Counted from the stretch's first letter, positions 40,355 to 52,740 are shown. The stretch is DNA of 64,000 nt from an uncultured bacterium (GCA_963705505.1 CAVPJU010000003.1:96001-160000), one strand, 5' to 3'. The notes: a model not told the origin generated them from the sequence alone. Numbers and translations are program-made.

Positions 40355-40420
40355 ATGGCCGGTTTATCGAAGAAGGGCAAAGTTTATTACGCGATATTTA
40401 ACATCGGTGGTGGGGCTTGA
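40355..40420 (+). pseudogene. Possible N-terminal stub of a tyrosine integrase
   Basis: AAGGAG RBS then MAGLSKKGKVYYAIFNIGGGA*, resembling integrase N-termini (MAxLxKRGxxYY); next to the tRNA and arm-like repeats. Confidence 0.4.
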
Positions 40421-40460
40421 CATGGTTTAGCCACCTATACGATAATCTGTAATTAGAATC

Positions 40461-40898
40461 ATGAAAAAGTTGTGTTTGTTGATAATTGTAAATATTGGAG
40501 TGTTCTGCACTTTAATTGTTGTCATTGAGATTTCTGGTCAAATAGCCTACTATCTCCGTCACGGAAAATTTATTTTCCAGACATCAGATTATAACAGTGA
40601 AGATTATCAAGATCATCTCCAAGCATTCGAGCTACACCCCTATCTCGTAGGAAGGCTCAAGAAAAATATTACTATCAATAGTGTCGAAAACAGCGCGAAG
40701 ATAAAAACCACGAACCGCCATACCCGGTGGACCGGCGCTCCCGAAGACGATAGAAATCTTATAAGAGTTGCCGTACTCGGTGGGTCCACTGCTTTCGGCA
40801 CGGGAGTGACCGATCGCGTGCATTTTGCGACCCTGCATAGCAGGCACAATGAGCGCTTCACCTTTTGTGCTTTCCATCCGATATTTGCCCTCGAGTAA
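40461..40898 (+). pseudogene. Truncated SGNH/GDSL hydrolase-like membrane-anchored protein
   Basis: N-terminal TM, HPYL, block I VAVLGGSTAFGTGV, after which resemblance ends; later SGNH blocks absent. Confidence 0.55.
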
Positions 40899-41112
40899 AT
40901 AGTTAACCCATTGTATGCGTGAATGTTCTCTATTACTATTCTCTGACAAAGAGGAGGCTCTTGTCAATATCCCTTCCGGCCGCGCAAGGAAAGTATATGA
41001 TGGGTCCAGCGTGGCTGAGTCAAGCCATTGCAGCAGATCCTGTATACAAGCGCGATTTAGCTATTCCGAGTTGAACAAAATCTGTCGAAAGAAATTTGCG
41101 CCGCGGGCAATA

Positions 41113-41472
41113 TTACGACCCCTGAGCGTACCGGGCCATACCAGTGATATCGATTACAACCACAGGCTCGTTCCCGACCACCCACGCGTCATGCCCGGGC
41201 GGTACGTACGACACGTCGCCCGGCCCGAATTCTTCCTCCGAGCCGTCATCCATTTTGACCCTCAAGCGCCCGGAAACGTGATATTGGGTGTGAGGGGCCT
41301 CGCAGCTTTTCGTCTTGGCGATCGGCTTTATACTCTCAGACCACTTCCATCCCGGCTCTAGGGTGGCCCGGCCAAAAGATATGCCGGCCAGTGAAACCAG
41401 CTCGAGTCTCCCATTCGGGAACGACCGTAATTCATCCGGAACGTCCAGGTTTTTCTTTTCCATTTTAGCCAT
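41113..41472 (-). CDS. Cupin domain protein
   Basis: LEPGWKWSE, CEAPH..YHVSG, PPGHDAWVVG; AAGGAG RBS. Confidence 0.88.
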   Translation of the reverse strand: MAKMEKKNLDVPDELRSFPNGRLELVSLAGISFGRATLEPGWKWSESIKPIAKTKSCEAPHTQYHVSGRLRVKMDDGSEEEFGPGDVSYVPPGHDAWVVGNEPVVVIDITGMARYAQGS

Positions 41473-41679
41473 GTTCGGTCATCTCCTTTAATCTAAATAT
41501 AGCATTTGTTATATGTATATTTCAGATTTTCTCATAAACAATAAAATTTTGCAATAGAAGCCTGCAGTTAATCAGGGATGACGGATTTTTTGTCAATGAA
41601 GGATAAGGCTGTATAGGAGCCGGGAGCCGCATTGTGACTTCAATAACTCAATCCGCACGGTTTACAAATGTACATATAA

Positions 41680-42858
41680 CTACGTTCTATAGGTCTTTAA
41701 AAAACCAATAAACCCCCCATATATAAGCGATATAAAAGGTAAAGGGTCACGCATCGAGAGAACGGCGAACGATTTTACGCCGTAGAGAGATTTAAGCCAC
41801 CCCCCTAAAGACAGCCTGCCCATTCTGTAATAGGCCCAGGCGGAAAGAATGTCCTGATGAAGGGAAATCCATTTTACGCCTGCATACCGCTGCCCGTCGT
41901 ACGAAGGTAAAGGTAGTCCCGACGCATCGCAGTACATCGTATATAGTATGGGCACGCCGGCAGCTTCGACGAGACCTATCCTCGTAACAGGACGTCCTAT
42001 GTTGGGCTCGATTATGAAATATCTGCCGCTCGAATTGTCCAGTTTAAATTCGATCGAGCCTATCCCTCTGAACTTGATCCTGCCGAGCACCTCCGCCGTC
42101 GTATTCAATACCAGATCATTCCTGCATTCTTCGGCCAGGCACGCGTCCCCATCGTCTATAAACCATTGTCTCAGCTTACGCGACGTGAACGTAACCGATT
42201 GATTATAATCCTTATCGTGATAAAAAATGCACGAATACAGGTCGGAATCACTGCCATTAATCCATTCCTGGACTATTACATTCTCTCCCGCTCCAGAGCA
42301 TGTCTCGAACACATCTGAGAGCTCCTGAGGGCTCTTAACTTTAATCACTTTATTTTTAAAATATCTGAACCAGTTTGGGGTCCTCACGACGGGCTTGACT
42401 ATATAAGGGAACTTGGCCTTGTTTAGTATCTCGTCCAAGTCCGATTTGTTCGAGGGAAAGAAGGTAGCGGGGATCGGAAGGCCGTTATCGAACGCATACC
42501 TGTAAAAATTTTGCTTGTTCATATAGAGGTCCAGAACATCCGCGTCGGGGATTACGAAGTTATAGAATTCCCCGAGTCTCTCCCTGTTGTCCGATACAAT
42601 GCGCACACTTTCGTCGCTGCACAGGAAGAGCACGGGCTTTCCCCGCAATTTTCGGGCTAAGCTCAATAACGTATCTAAAAGTTTCGCGTCTGAAGTGTCG
42701 GCAAAGAGAATTTCCTCACATGAATTGGTCTTGCAGCAGTAATGCCCTGGATCATCGGCGATACCGACGACCGGTACTTTATAGCGCGACAATACCCTTG
42801 CTGTATCCAATCCAGTTATGGAATCGAGTTTTATGACGACTGCAGGCGGCCTAATCAA
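41680..42858 (-). CDS. ATP-grasp carboxylate-amine ligase (D-aspartate ligase-like)
   Basis: MNKQNFY, FPYIVKP, VIVQEWING.D, RKLRQ, GIGSIEFK.D, IEPNIGR, D.LPF. Confidence 0.82.
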   Translation of the reverse strand: MIRPPAVVIKLDSITGLDTARVLSRYKVPVVGIADDPGHYCCKTNSCEEILFADTSDAKLLDTLLSLARKLRGKPVLFLCSDESVRIVSDNRERLGEFYNFVIPDADVLDLYMNKQNFYRYAFDNGLPIPATFFPSNKSDLDEILNKAKFPYIVKPVVRTPNWFRYFKNKVIKVKSPQELSDVFETCSGAGENVIVQEWINGSDSDLYSCIFYHDKDYNQSVTFTSRKLRQWFIDDGDACLAEECRNDLVLNTTAEVLGRIKFRGIGSIEFKLDNSSGRYFIIEPNIGRPVTRIGLVEAAGVPILYTMYCDASGLPLPSYDGQRYAGVKWISLHQDILSAWAYYRMGRLSLGGWLKSLYGVKSFAVLSMRDPLPFISLIYGGFIGFLKTYRT

Positions 42859-42981
42859 TGGTCTCCTGATGAATGCTAAAGAATTTTGATAAGAGGATAT
42901 TATATACGGCTCTGAATTAAAGACGAATACGGAACACTAAATCGAAATCGGCTCATTTAAACCCGTGGATTGCATAGAATT

Positions 42982-43056
42982 TTAAGGAAGCTCCCAGAGG
43001 TCCTCGTCCGGGAGCGTGATAGGTTCTACGGCTTTGTTATGAAGTTTCCGGATTGG
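42982..43056 (-). pseudogene. C-terminal remnant of a paralog of the histidine phosphatase at 44539-45138
   Basis: Reads NKAVEPITLPDEDLWELP* versus NEAVEPIELSDEDLAKLL* of the intact gene. Confidence 0.6.
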
Positions 43057-44430
43057 CTATTTTAAAAAATTCTTGACATCGAGCAAAATGAATTCGTTAT
43101 CATCGTTCTTCCCCAGAGTCCGTCCGGACGAATATCCGAAATTGTTATCGTTGGAAACGACTATATGCGTCGGATCGTATATATCGACGCCTTCGACCGT
43201 TTCAAAAGGGAACGTGAATACAGGCCGCTTAGCTTCGAGCCGCGAGACACCGTTGGGGTCTTTTATATCGAGTAAGTCGATATAAGCCACCTTCTTAACG
43301 AATCCGTCCTTGTCTAAATCGCCCATGTCGATCTTATAAATCCGCTTGAATTTCGCGGGATCATCGAAACAATTTCCCGCTGCCGCTTCCTTTTTATTAC
43401 CATCACAGGCGAATCCAGCATCGCCCTCACCGGGATCCCTCTCTATGACAAGCCCCATAGTCTCGTTTATGAGATTAAAATCAGTTACGGAATGACTCTT
43501 ATCTTCAAGAGCGTATTTATATGACTTCCCCGTAAAACCGCCTTTCTCAATATCGAACTCGAAAATCCGGACGTAGTATTTCCCGTCACGGTTCTCAAAC
43601 GATTTGGTCTCTTCGATCCACAACGGCGCTTCTACTATCGGGTACAGGTATCTCCCGTCGGGTGAAACAGCTATGCTCTCAAAACCGCGGGACTTCTTCA
43701 CATCGAATGTCACAACGCCGGGAACCGGAAGAGACTGGAACGTGTAGTGATCGGGAGACCTGAGTATTTTGCCGCCGACATCGAATTCCCAGAATCCGGT
43801 CAGCTTTCCGTCCGGATCAGTGCGAATAATGTAGGGCCCGAACTCATCTCCTATGTACACCGAATCCCCGACCACCTGTATGGACTCGGGATCGATGTCA
43901 GCCCCCGTCAGATAACGCTTCTTGGTCGCCTCATCGGTAATGCGGAAAGGCAGAATCCGGTCGGGGTCATGTAAAAAGACCGTTTGTAAAACCTTTACCT
44001 TACCCTTATCCCAGTCGAACTTAATACGATGGAACATGAGCATCGCGTCGGGCGAGTTTTTGGCGGTGCCGATAACCGTTATCGGTAATTAAAACCGCGG
44101 TGCCGTCTTTTAACATCTTTATGCCGGAAAAACCCTGTAAGGGCTGCCCTTCGATAGGCAGAATAAATATCCTTTACACGGGGCTTATTACGATCCTTCC
44201 CCGATATCGATCCCACCTCGTCCCTCCGTTTCGCATCGGGATGAGTGTATTTGCCCGTAACCTGCAAATGCTCCGGAGCATCACCGGGGAGGCTTAAAAC
44301 AGACATGGCGGGAATGATTGCGTGGGCGGAGAGGACGGCTTCGACTTTCTCCTGCTCCCGATGCTAAAGGAGAGAAATAAAGGGTGACTGTTAATAGAAT
44401 CAACGCAGAGATAAATGTCCGGTTTCTCAC
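43057..44430 (-). CDS. Esterase-like activity of phytase family protein; 5' part has several frameshifts
   Basis: LTGADIDPES, GDEFGPY, SRGFE, FPFETVE, NDNNF; upstream pieces in other frames (GQPLQGFSGI, TDNG, KNSPDAML) and a signal-like start near 44430. Confidence 0.75.
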
Positions 44431-44538
44431 TCCCGGTAAAAATACTTTAATTGCGGATTTGTTTCCAGATGCCGCCTGAATATTGAAATTGGCTCAATTA
44501 GATTGATTAGAACGCGTCAGGATTCACGAAACCGACCT

Positions 44539-45138
44539 TCAGAGCAGCTTCGCGAGGTCTTCGTCCGAGAGCTCGATGGGCTCGACGGCCTCGTTGATGT
44601 TCTTTCTGAAATTGGAGAGGCTCTCTCCGAGGAGATAGCATGTGAGGAGGGACCTTATGTGCTTGTGCATTATTACGAGAACCTTTTCACCGGGATACCT
44701 GAGAGCGATCTCCCGGATCGTCTTCCTGATGCGCGTCTGGACTTCCTCGAGGGTTTCAGGTCCGTTCGGTATCGGTATGCTCGTAATCCCGTCTATGAAC
44801 CATTCCCTGAACCTGGTGGACGGGTCGCTCAGAAGGTCTTCGTATTTCTGTCCGTTCCAGTCCCCGTGATCCAGCTCCCGTAAACCCTGGTGAACGTCGA
44901 GCGGTATTTTCAGATTGTCCGCATAGTACTGCGAGGTCTGCCGGGCGCGCTTGAGGGGACTCGAAACTATCCTGTCGAATTCGTACTTTTCCACTATGGG
45001 AAGGGTGTCCTTTGCCTCGGCCCACCCGACGTCGCAAAGCGGCAGATCGGTGGTTCCAATGAGTCTCCCTTCGAGGTTCCAGTCAGTTTTACAATGACGG
45101 CCAAGATATATCTTTGCGGTATTCAACGGTTCGCTCAT
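44539..45138 (-). CDS. Histidine phosphatase (phosphoglycerate mutase) family protein
   Basis: RHCKTDWN (RHG variant), SSPLKRARQT, LRELDHGDWNG, second His in VIMH. Confidence 0.88.
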   Translation of the reverse strand: MSEPLNTAKIYLGRHCKTDWNLEGRLIGTTDLPLCDVGWAEAKDTLPIVEKYEFDRIVSSPLKRARQTSQYYADNLKIPLDVHQGLRELDHGDWNGQKYEDLLSDPSTRFREWFIDGITSIPIPNGPETLEEVQTRIRKTIREIALRYPGEKVLVIMHKHIRSLLTCYLLGESLSNFRKNINEAVEPIELSDEDLAKLL

Positions 45139-45233
45139 CTGATTTTACGGGTTGTCGGGGTTATGAATTAAAGCGCCATTCGACGCAAGCAAGGCATCAA
45201 TATACCGAAGGAAACATTTTTTACAATACGGTG

Positions 45234-46922
45234 TTAATTAATCGAGCCCACCCTCTTCTCCACCGTTTCGTTTTCCTCATCGGCTATCAGGGTGCTTTTC
45301 TTTAAATGCGGGAGGTATTTCCCTCCGAGCGTAATATGCCCCTCCTCCACGCCTTCAGTGAGCCTCTTTACGAGATAGTCCCTGTTGAGCCCGAGTATGT
45401 TCACTCCGTGATCCGATTCCACGAGGCAGAGCATCTTGATGCTATCCCCGTTCCTGTTCGCGAGCTCATATATCGCCGAGTAGTTAAGCAAAGCTGCCTC
45501 GACCGTGCCGCATGGCAGCGACGGGTTCCTTGCCCCCGCGAAATACTCGCTCTGTCCGAACCAGGCAGGGTCCGGGTATCCGTGGAAGTGGAGAATTGGC
45601 AGCCCTTCCTTTATCAGCTGCGGCGTGTACAGCGCGGCCGCCATCGCCTGAGCCAGTATCACATAGGTATCGAAAGACGGCCTTATGTCCCTCCTGTGAA
45701 GGTCGACCCCCCTCGGGGTTTCGAGATTGAGCTTCCCTTTTATGAGACCTATCCTGACGACGTCAGTGTTGGGGTCAAGATTGGTCTTATTGCTTCCGGA
45801 GCGCGACGTTACTATCCAGAGGTCGGGCACCTGCTGGTAGGCCTCCTTCCCCCTAAGAAGCGTTTTAACATACCACCTGCCTTCTTCGTTCTCTCTCACC
45901 GTATCGTCATTCAGGCTTTCGACTTTCGAGAACCTGTCCCATTCCTCTTTCGTTACCGTTACGGGACCTTCGTACCTGGGCGCTTCGGCTATGGCGATGA
46001 ATCCGTAAGAAACTCCCGTCCTGCCTTCGAGTATCTTCTCGACGACGTCCCTGTGGGATAGCCTCGTAATTTTTTCGCTGAACTTGGACCCCTGAGGGAA
46101 AAGAGACGTCGACTCCACGAGCTTCCCGAGGTCGGACAGCTGCCTGGGGAAAACGGAGTGGGACGGTTCGTATTCCCCCTTCTTGAACCTCGTAAGCACG
46201 GGGGGCTTTATAGGGGCGTAAATCTTGGGGATTAAGGAATTCAGCACGAATTCGTCAAGCTCATCGTTCCGGTATATAGAATCCGAGAGATTCATGTTGA
46301 CGAGCGAAAACCTGTCGGGCGCTATACCCATAACGATTTCGGACATTGTGGTGATAAGGTTATTAAGCCCGATCGCTATCTTTCTGTCGTAGGTCGTGTT
46401 CCCGTCGGCAAACTCGGGCTCAAGGGGCATGAGGGTGATTATCTGAGTATTGAATGGGTCCTGAACGTACCTTGCGGTAAAGTCGTCAGCCCAGCCGCTT
46501 ATTTTTAGTATTTCCATCACCGATCTTTCGGGCTTCCGCGCGCGGACGTAGATCCTTTCAGCGAGACTGCTCAATATATTTCTGGTAAGAGAGTATTCCC
46601 TTTTGACATCGACCACGGCATGGATGCTGCTCTTTACCTTCCTCGTCCGCAATATCCTCGAAATAATCCCCGGAGGGACTTCGGCAGCCTCGTCCCAGGG
46701 TATCACCTGGACTCCGTTCTCTCTCAGTTCTTGCTCGAGCTTTTCCCTGAAGCGTATTACTATATGGTTGCCGAAATCTTTCGGTAAAGGCCTGAATGTA
46801 ACCCTTACCCTTTTTGCCATTTCGGAGGGCATCCTGGGATTGACCAGCTCTTTCTGAGGGGGCATACCGGTCAGGCTTATAATAGTGCTGAGCTCAAGAT
46901 CAGCTAATTTATGATTATCCAT
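45234..46922 (-). CDS. Hypothetical 562-aa protein with a putative class II aldolase/adducin-like C-terminal domain
   Basis: AGGAG RBS before MDNHK; motifs SRSGSNK, RPSFD, LHFHG, PCGTVE, SDHG in aldolase-II order. The CDS is solid; the fold is inferred. Confidence 0.65.
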   Translation of the reverse strand: MDNHKLADLELSTIISLTGMPPQKELVNPRMPSEMAKRVRVTFRPLPKDFGNHIVIRFREKLEQELRENGVQVIPWDEAAEVPPGIISRILRTRKVKSSIHAVVDVKREYSLTRNILSSLAERIYVRARKPERSVMEILKISGWADDFTARYVQDPFNTQIITLMPLEPEFADGNTTYDRKIAIGLNNLITTMSEIVMGIAPDRFSLVNMNLSDSIYRNDELDEFVLNSLIPKIYAPIKPPVLTRFKKGEYEPSHSVFPRQLSDLGKLVESTSLFPQGSKFSEKITRLSHRDVVEKILEGRTGVSYGFIAIAEAPRYEGPVTVTKEEWDRFSKVESLNDDTVRENEEGRWYVKTLLRGKEAYQQVPDLWIVTSRSGSNKTNLDPNTDVVRIGLIKGKLNLETPRGVDLHRRDIRPSFDTYVILAQAMAAALYTPQLIKEGLPILHFHGYPDPAWFGQSEYFAGARNPSLPCGTVEAALLNYSAIYELANRNGDSIKMLCLVESDHGVNILGLNRDYLVKRLTEGVEEGHITLGGKYLPHLKKSTLIADEENETVEKRVGSIN

Positions 46923-47183
46923 TTTCTCTCCTGCTTCCGATACTTCCCATTCCCGAGGTGCTCTTGACCGTGCTCGCTTACTCAAATTCCATATTTATCA
47001 GACACTCGTGCATTCAAATCATGTAAATGAAAACGTATCTTTTAATTTTTTTAGTGAACCGAAGTTAACAGCTTATCATTATAGACTATGGATCGCAGTT
47101 ACTCAACAAAGGGCTCGGTCATGGTTAAGTATAGACGATAATAATTATTAAACAATTTCCGCGGGACGGGCAAAGGCTGCTCC

Positions 47184-47906
47184 TCAGATAGACGCCTGAC
47201 CCTCCTCGCGGTCAAGTACTTCCTCCATCTGAGCCCTCACAATCCTCATGAGCTCCTCCCTTCCCTCCCTGCCCGGAGGCAGATGCCCGACGTCGATCGG
47301 AGGGAGTATCCTGATTTTCATGGTGCCCGGCTTGAGCACCTTCGAGCCTTTGGACATGATGCTCAGTCCGCCCGTTATCACCATCGGTACTACCGGTACT
47401 CCGGCAAGCATGGCGATGAAGAATCCGCCCTTCTGGAAGGGCAGCAGCTTGCCCTCTTTGCCCCTCGTGCCCTCGGGGGCGATCAGTACCGACGGCCCCG
47501 ACCGTATTTTGCTCACGATCTTTTTGACTTCTTTCGTATCCCTCTCGGAGCCGTCCCTCGCGACGAAATAGTGACCGGCGATCCTGGCGACCCAGCCGAT
47601 GAACGGCATATTCCCGACTTCCTTCTTCATTACGGCCTTCCAGTCTATGGGAAGTGCGGCCATATATGCGAATATATCGAATACGCTCTGGTGGTTATAC
47701 ATTATTATGGAAGGCTCTTCCGGGATATTCTCGAGGCCTTTCACGTCGAGCTTCACTCCGGCTGTGTACAGTATCGAGCGTGCCCACGGCCTCACGGCGT
47801 ATTTAACCGCCGCCGACGGCGAAAACACAGCCAGTATGACACCGTAAATCCCGAAAAACACCGTATAAATTACAAACGCAATCCAGCAGAGAATAGTTCT
47901 GAACAT
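47184..47906 (-). CDS. plsC: 1-acyl-sn-glycerol-3-phosphate acyltransferase
   Basis: NHQSVFD, APEGTR, FQKGGF, VPVVP. Confidence 0.88.
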   Translation of the reverse strand: MFRTILCWIAFVIYTVFFGIYGVILAVFSPSAAVKYAVRPWARSILYTAGVKLDVKGLENIPEEPSIIMYNHQSVFDIFAYMAALPIDWKAVMKKEVGNMPFIGWVARIAGHYFVARDGSERDTKEVKKIVSKIRSGPSVLIAPEGTRGKEGKLLPFQKGGFFIAMLAGVPVVPMVITGGLSIMSKGSKVLKPGTMKIRILPPIDVGHLPPGREGREELMRIVRAQMEEVLDREEGQASI

Positions 47907-48058
47907 AAAATTGAAAATGGATTCTAGTCCGGTATCCCTCTCTAAAAAGATTCATACGACGGCAGGGCCCTGTCAAGAACCGCCGTCGGGGAAAAAGAGC
48001 AAGACTCAGCTCACATCAAAATAAATAAGCATCCGCCTCGTTATTTCAAGGTAAATCT

Positions 48059-48952
48059 CTATAATCCTTCTGCCGACATTATCCTGAGCGCACCGGGTGC
48101 GACCTCGATCCTGTGCGTGCCGGGGTCGATGTAAAAAGGCTCCCCGTCCATGTGAGCGGGCTCCGGGCGCTCGAGAGTTATTTCCATCCGCGGCCCTGTT
48201 CGCAGCTCCACCTCCGCGAGGCCCGAATGGGTCCCCTTGAGCACTTTCGGAATTTTGATGAGCCTCTGTAAAGGCGGCATATCCTTTATGATGTGGAAAT
48301 CCAAAAGCCCGTCGTCCACTTTAGCCCCCGGGGCGAGTTTGAACTTCCCGCCCTGATATACGCCGTTCGATGCCCCCGTCAGAAGAAGCGTGCCTGAGTA
48401 TTTCCAGCCCCCTATCGCAATCTCGGTCCGGAACCCCTTGAAGGAAAAGGCTTCCTGAACCGCCCCCAGTAAATAGCCCAACTGTCCGCGGAACCGCTTG
48501 AGCTTCTTGAACCGGTGGGATACGGCCCCGTCAAGCCCGATACCGAGCCCGTTGATAAAATAGATGTCCCCCAGTTTACCCACGTCCACCGAGCGCTCAC
48601 GCCCCGAAAAAACGGTTTCTACCGCCTGGGCGGTTTCGAGCGGAATACCGGCTGATTTGGGGAAGTCGTTGCCGCTCCCCGACGGAATCGTCCCGAAAAT
48701 CAGGGGCGACCCCATGATACCGTTCACGACCTCGTGAGAAGTCCCGTCCCCCCCGACCGCGACGATATGAGTAAAGCCGCCGGAGAGGGCGTCCCTTGCG
48801 AAAGCCTCCGCATCACCCTGTCCTGACGTGAATCTGCACTCAAACGCAACGTCCCGGTTCTCGAGCAGGGGTATTATCGAGTCGAACAAGCCGGCCGTCC
48901 TGCCCTGTCCCGCAGCCGGATTGACAATGAACAAATATTTTGCGTCTTTCAA
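48059..48952 (-). CDS. Diacylglycerol kinase (YegS/BmrU) family lipid kinase
   Basis: IVNPAAG, VGGDGT, PSGSGNDF, HMDGE; TTG start assumed, ATG at 48997 possible. Confidence 0.9.
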   Translation of the reverse strand: MKDAKYLFIVNPAAGQGRTAGLFDSIIPLLENRDVAFECRFTSGQGDAEAFARDALSGGFTHIVAVGGDGTSHEVVNGIMGSPLIFGTIPSGSGNDFPKSAGIPLETAQAVETVFSGRERSVDVGKLGDIYFINGLGIGLDGAVSHRFKKLKRFRGQLGYLLGAVQEAFSFKGFRTEIAIGGWKYSGTLLLTGASNGVYQGGKFKLAPGAKVDDGLLDFHIIKDMPPLQRLIKIPKVLKGTHSGLAEVELRTGPRMEITLERPEPAHMDGEPFYIDPGTHRIEVAPGALRIMSAEGL

Positions 48953-49111
48953 ATTCTGGCCTTTCAAGTAAAATCTAAGAAGCATAAAACATAGCATTTT
49001 TCAACATCGTTTACAAAGCAAACCGTCGAGATACTTGAAATAGGCTATATTATATGTTAATAAAGTTCGTTTTATCCAAATAAAAATCGGTATAAATCAG
49101 GAGGCATTTTA

Positions 49112-50113
49112 ATGGTAGAAGAAATCCAGCCTACCGAACAGGTGAATGAGGTCATAAGCATGAAACAGCTTCTCGAAGCGGGGGTTCATTTCGGCCACCA
49201 GATAAGCCACTGGAACCCGAAAATGAAGGAATATATTTTCGGGAGCAGGAACGGCATACACATCATCGATCTTCAGCAGACCGTGGGTCTCTTCAAAAAG
49301 TCCTACAACTTCGTGAGAGATGTTGTTGCTAACGGCGGGGAAGTACTGTTCGTAGGGACCAAGAAGCAGGCGCAGGGCATAATAGCGGAGGAGACCACGC
49401 GCTCCGGCATGCCTTACGTAAACACCCGCTGGCTCGGGGGCACGCTTACAAACTTTCACACCATCAGATCACGCGTTGACTACCTGCTCGAACTAAAGAA
49501 GCTCGAAGAGGAAGGGCAGATGGAGCGGCTGCCCAAGAAAGAAGCCAAGGGATTAAAGAGGGAGATCCAGAAGCTCGAACTGCTGCTGGGCGGCATAGTG
49601 AATATGAAGAGGATCCCGAATATATTGTATATCGTCGATACGAGAAAAGAACATATAGCGGTTCACGAGGCGAGGAGGCTCGGCATTCCGATCGTCGCCG
49701 TAGTGGATACCAATTCCGACCCTGCTGACGCCGATTTCGTAATCCCCAGCAACGACGACGCCATCAGGGCTATAAAACTTTTCACGTCCAGGATCGCGGA
49801 CGCATGCGTTGAGGGAAAGCACGCCTACGAACAGAAGCTCCAGGCGGGAGAAGTCGTCAGAAAGCGGGACGAAGGCCAGGTCATAGTCGAAAGGAAGGTC
49901 TTCGTGTTCAAGGAATTCGGAGAAGAACCCGAAAAAGAGGTAACGACGTCCGTTGCGGTATCGGAAAGCAGTACGGGCGTGGAGACGCCTCACCACGGAG
50001 AGCCGGAAAAGAAAGATAAGCCGGCCGCCAAACCTAAAGCGCCGACGCCGACAAAGAGCGCTGAAGAAGAGGAAGATACCTATACCTACACTCATACCGA
50101 TAAAGTCGAATAA
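49112..50113 (+). CDS. rpsB: 30S ribosomal protein S2 with long C-terminal extension
   Basis: [34 protein letters not shown]. Confidence 0.97.
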   Translation: MVEEIQPTEQVNEVISMKQLLEAGVHFGHQISHWNPKMKEYIFGSRNGIHIIDLQQTVGLFKKSYNFVRDVVANGGEVLFVGTKKQAQGIIAEETTRSGMPYVNTRWLGGTLTNFHTIRSRVDYLLELKKLEEEGQMERLPKKEAKGLKREIQKLELLLGGIVNMKRIPNILYIVDTRKEHIAVHEARRLGIPIVAVVDTNSDPADADFVIPSNDDAIRAIKLFTSRIADACVEGKHAYEQKLQAGEVVRKRDEGQVIVERKVFVFKEFGEEPEKEVTTSVAVSESSTGVETPHHGEPEKKDKPAAKPKAPTPTKSAEEEEDTYTYTHTDKVE

Positions 50114-50173
50114 TTTGCGGTTCGATCCGAATGAGGGACATCACGGAAGAAACACAGGAGGAATTGTTACGAA

Positions 50174-52104
<1,931 letters not shown>

Positions 52105-52253
52105 CTAGAACCTTTACCCGTGCCGTTTCAATCAGACCTTTACCGATTCATATCCGGCTTTAAAACCAAAAAGTCTCTAAATCACAAGCAATTGTAGGTT
52201 TTGGGGAATTACTCTATAATTACGGTAGAGAATAAAGGGAATATGGACGGGCG

Positions 52254-52499
52254 ATGAGAGACCAGCTTTCAAATGTTTTTTCTTATATGTTTATGGCATC
52301 AATCTTTGTATCTGTTGTCTCCCTATTTGCTGTTTTAATCATTTTTCTGAGGTCCTTCATAATGGAAATAGGAGAGATGGAGAAACAGACCGGATACGCC
52401 TTTTTATATATTTTCATAATATGTATAATCTTAGCTCCGGTTTTTCTATTCTTATCCAACAGGTTGGAGAAATACAAAAGGCGGATGGACGGGGTTTGA
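52254..52499 (+). CDS. Small two-TM membrane protein
   Basis: 81-aa ORF with two hydrophobic helices. Confidence 0.55.
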   Translation: MRDQLSNVFSYMFMASIFVSVVSLFAVLIIFLRSFIMEIGEMEKQTGYAFLYIFIICIILAPVFLFLSNRLEKYKRRMDGV

Positions 52500-52740
52500 G
52501 CGTATCAATTTTTCTATAATTAAGGGAAGCAAACACATACCGGTTACGAAGTACATACAGGGATTTAAACCGATATGCAATAAGCTGTGATTAGAGTCGC
52601 TCGGGTTCTATTTGCAGCATCAACCCCGAAAGTACTGGATGATGGGTTCATGGATCAAATTCTTATAATCACGCGAAATACCGCGAACCGGTGTTATACC
52701 CGCCGATATGCGGCATCAGTGAATCCGTTCGGGTTTTATC

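Noticed and set aside
52500..52740. Possible riboswitch upstream of the PAS histidine kinase
   Set aside because: Some stem potential, but no recognisable aptamer consensus; an Rfam search would be needed.
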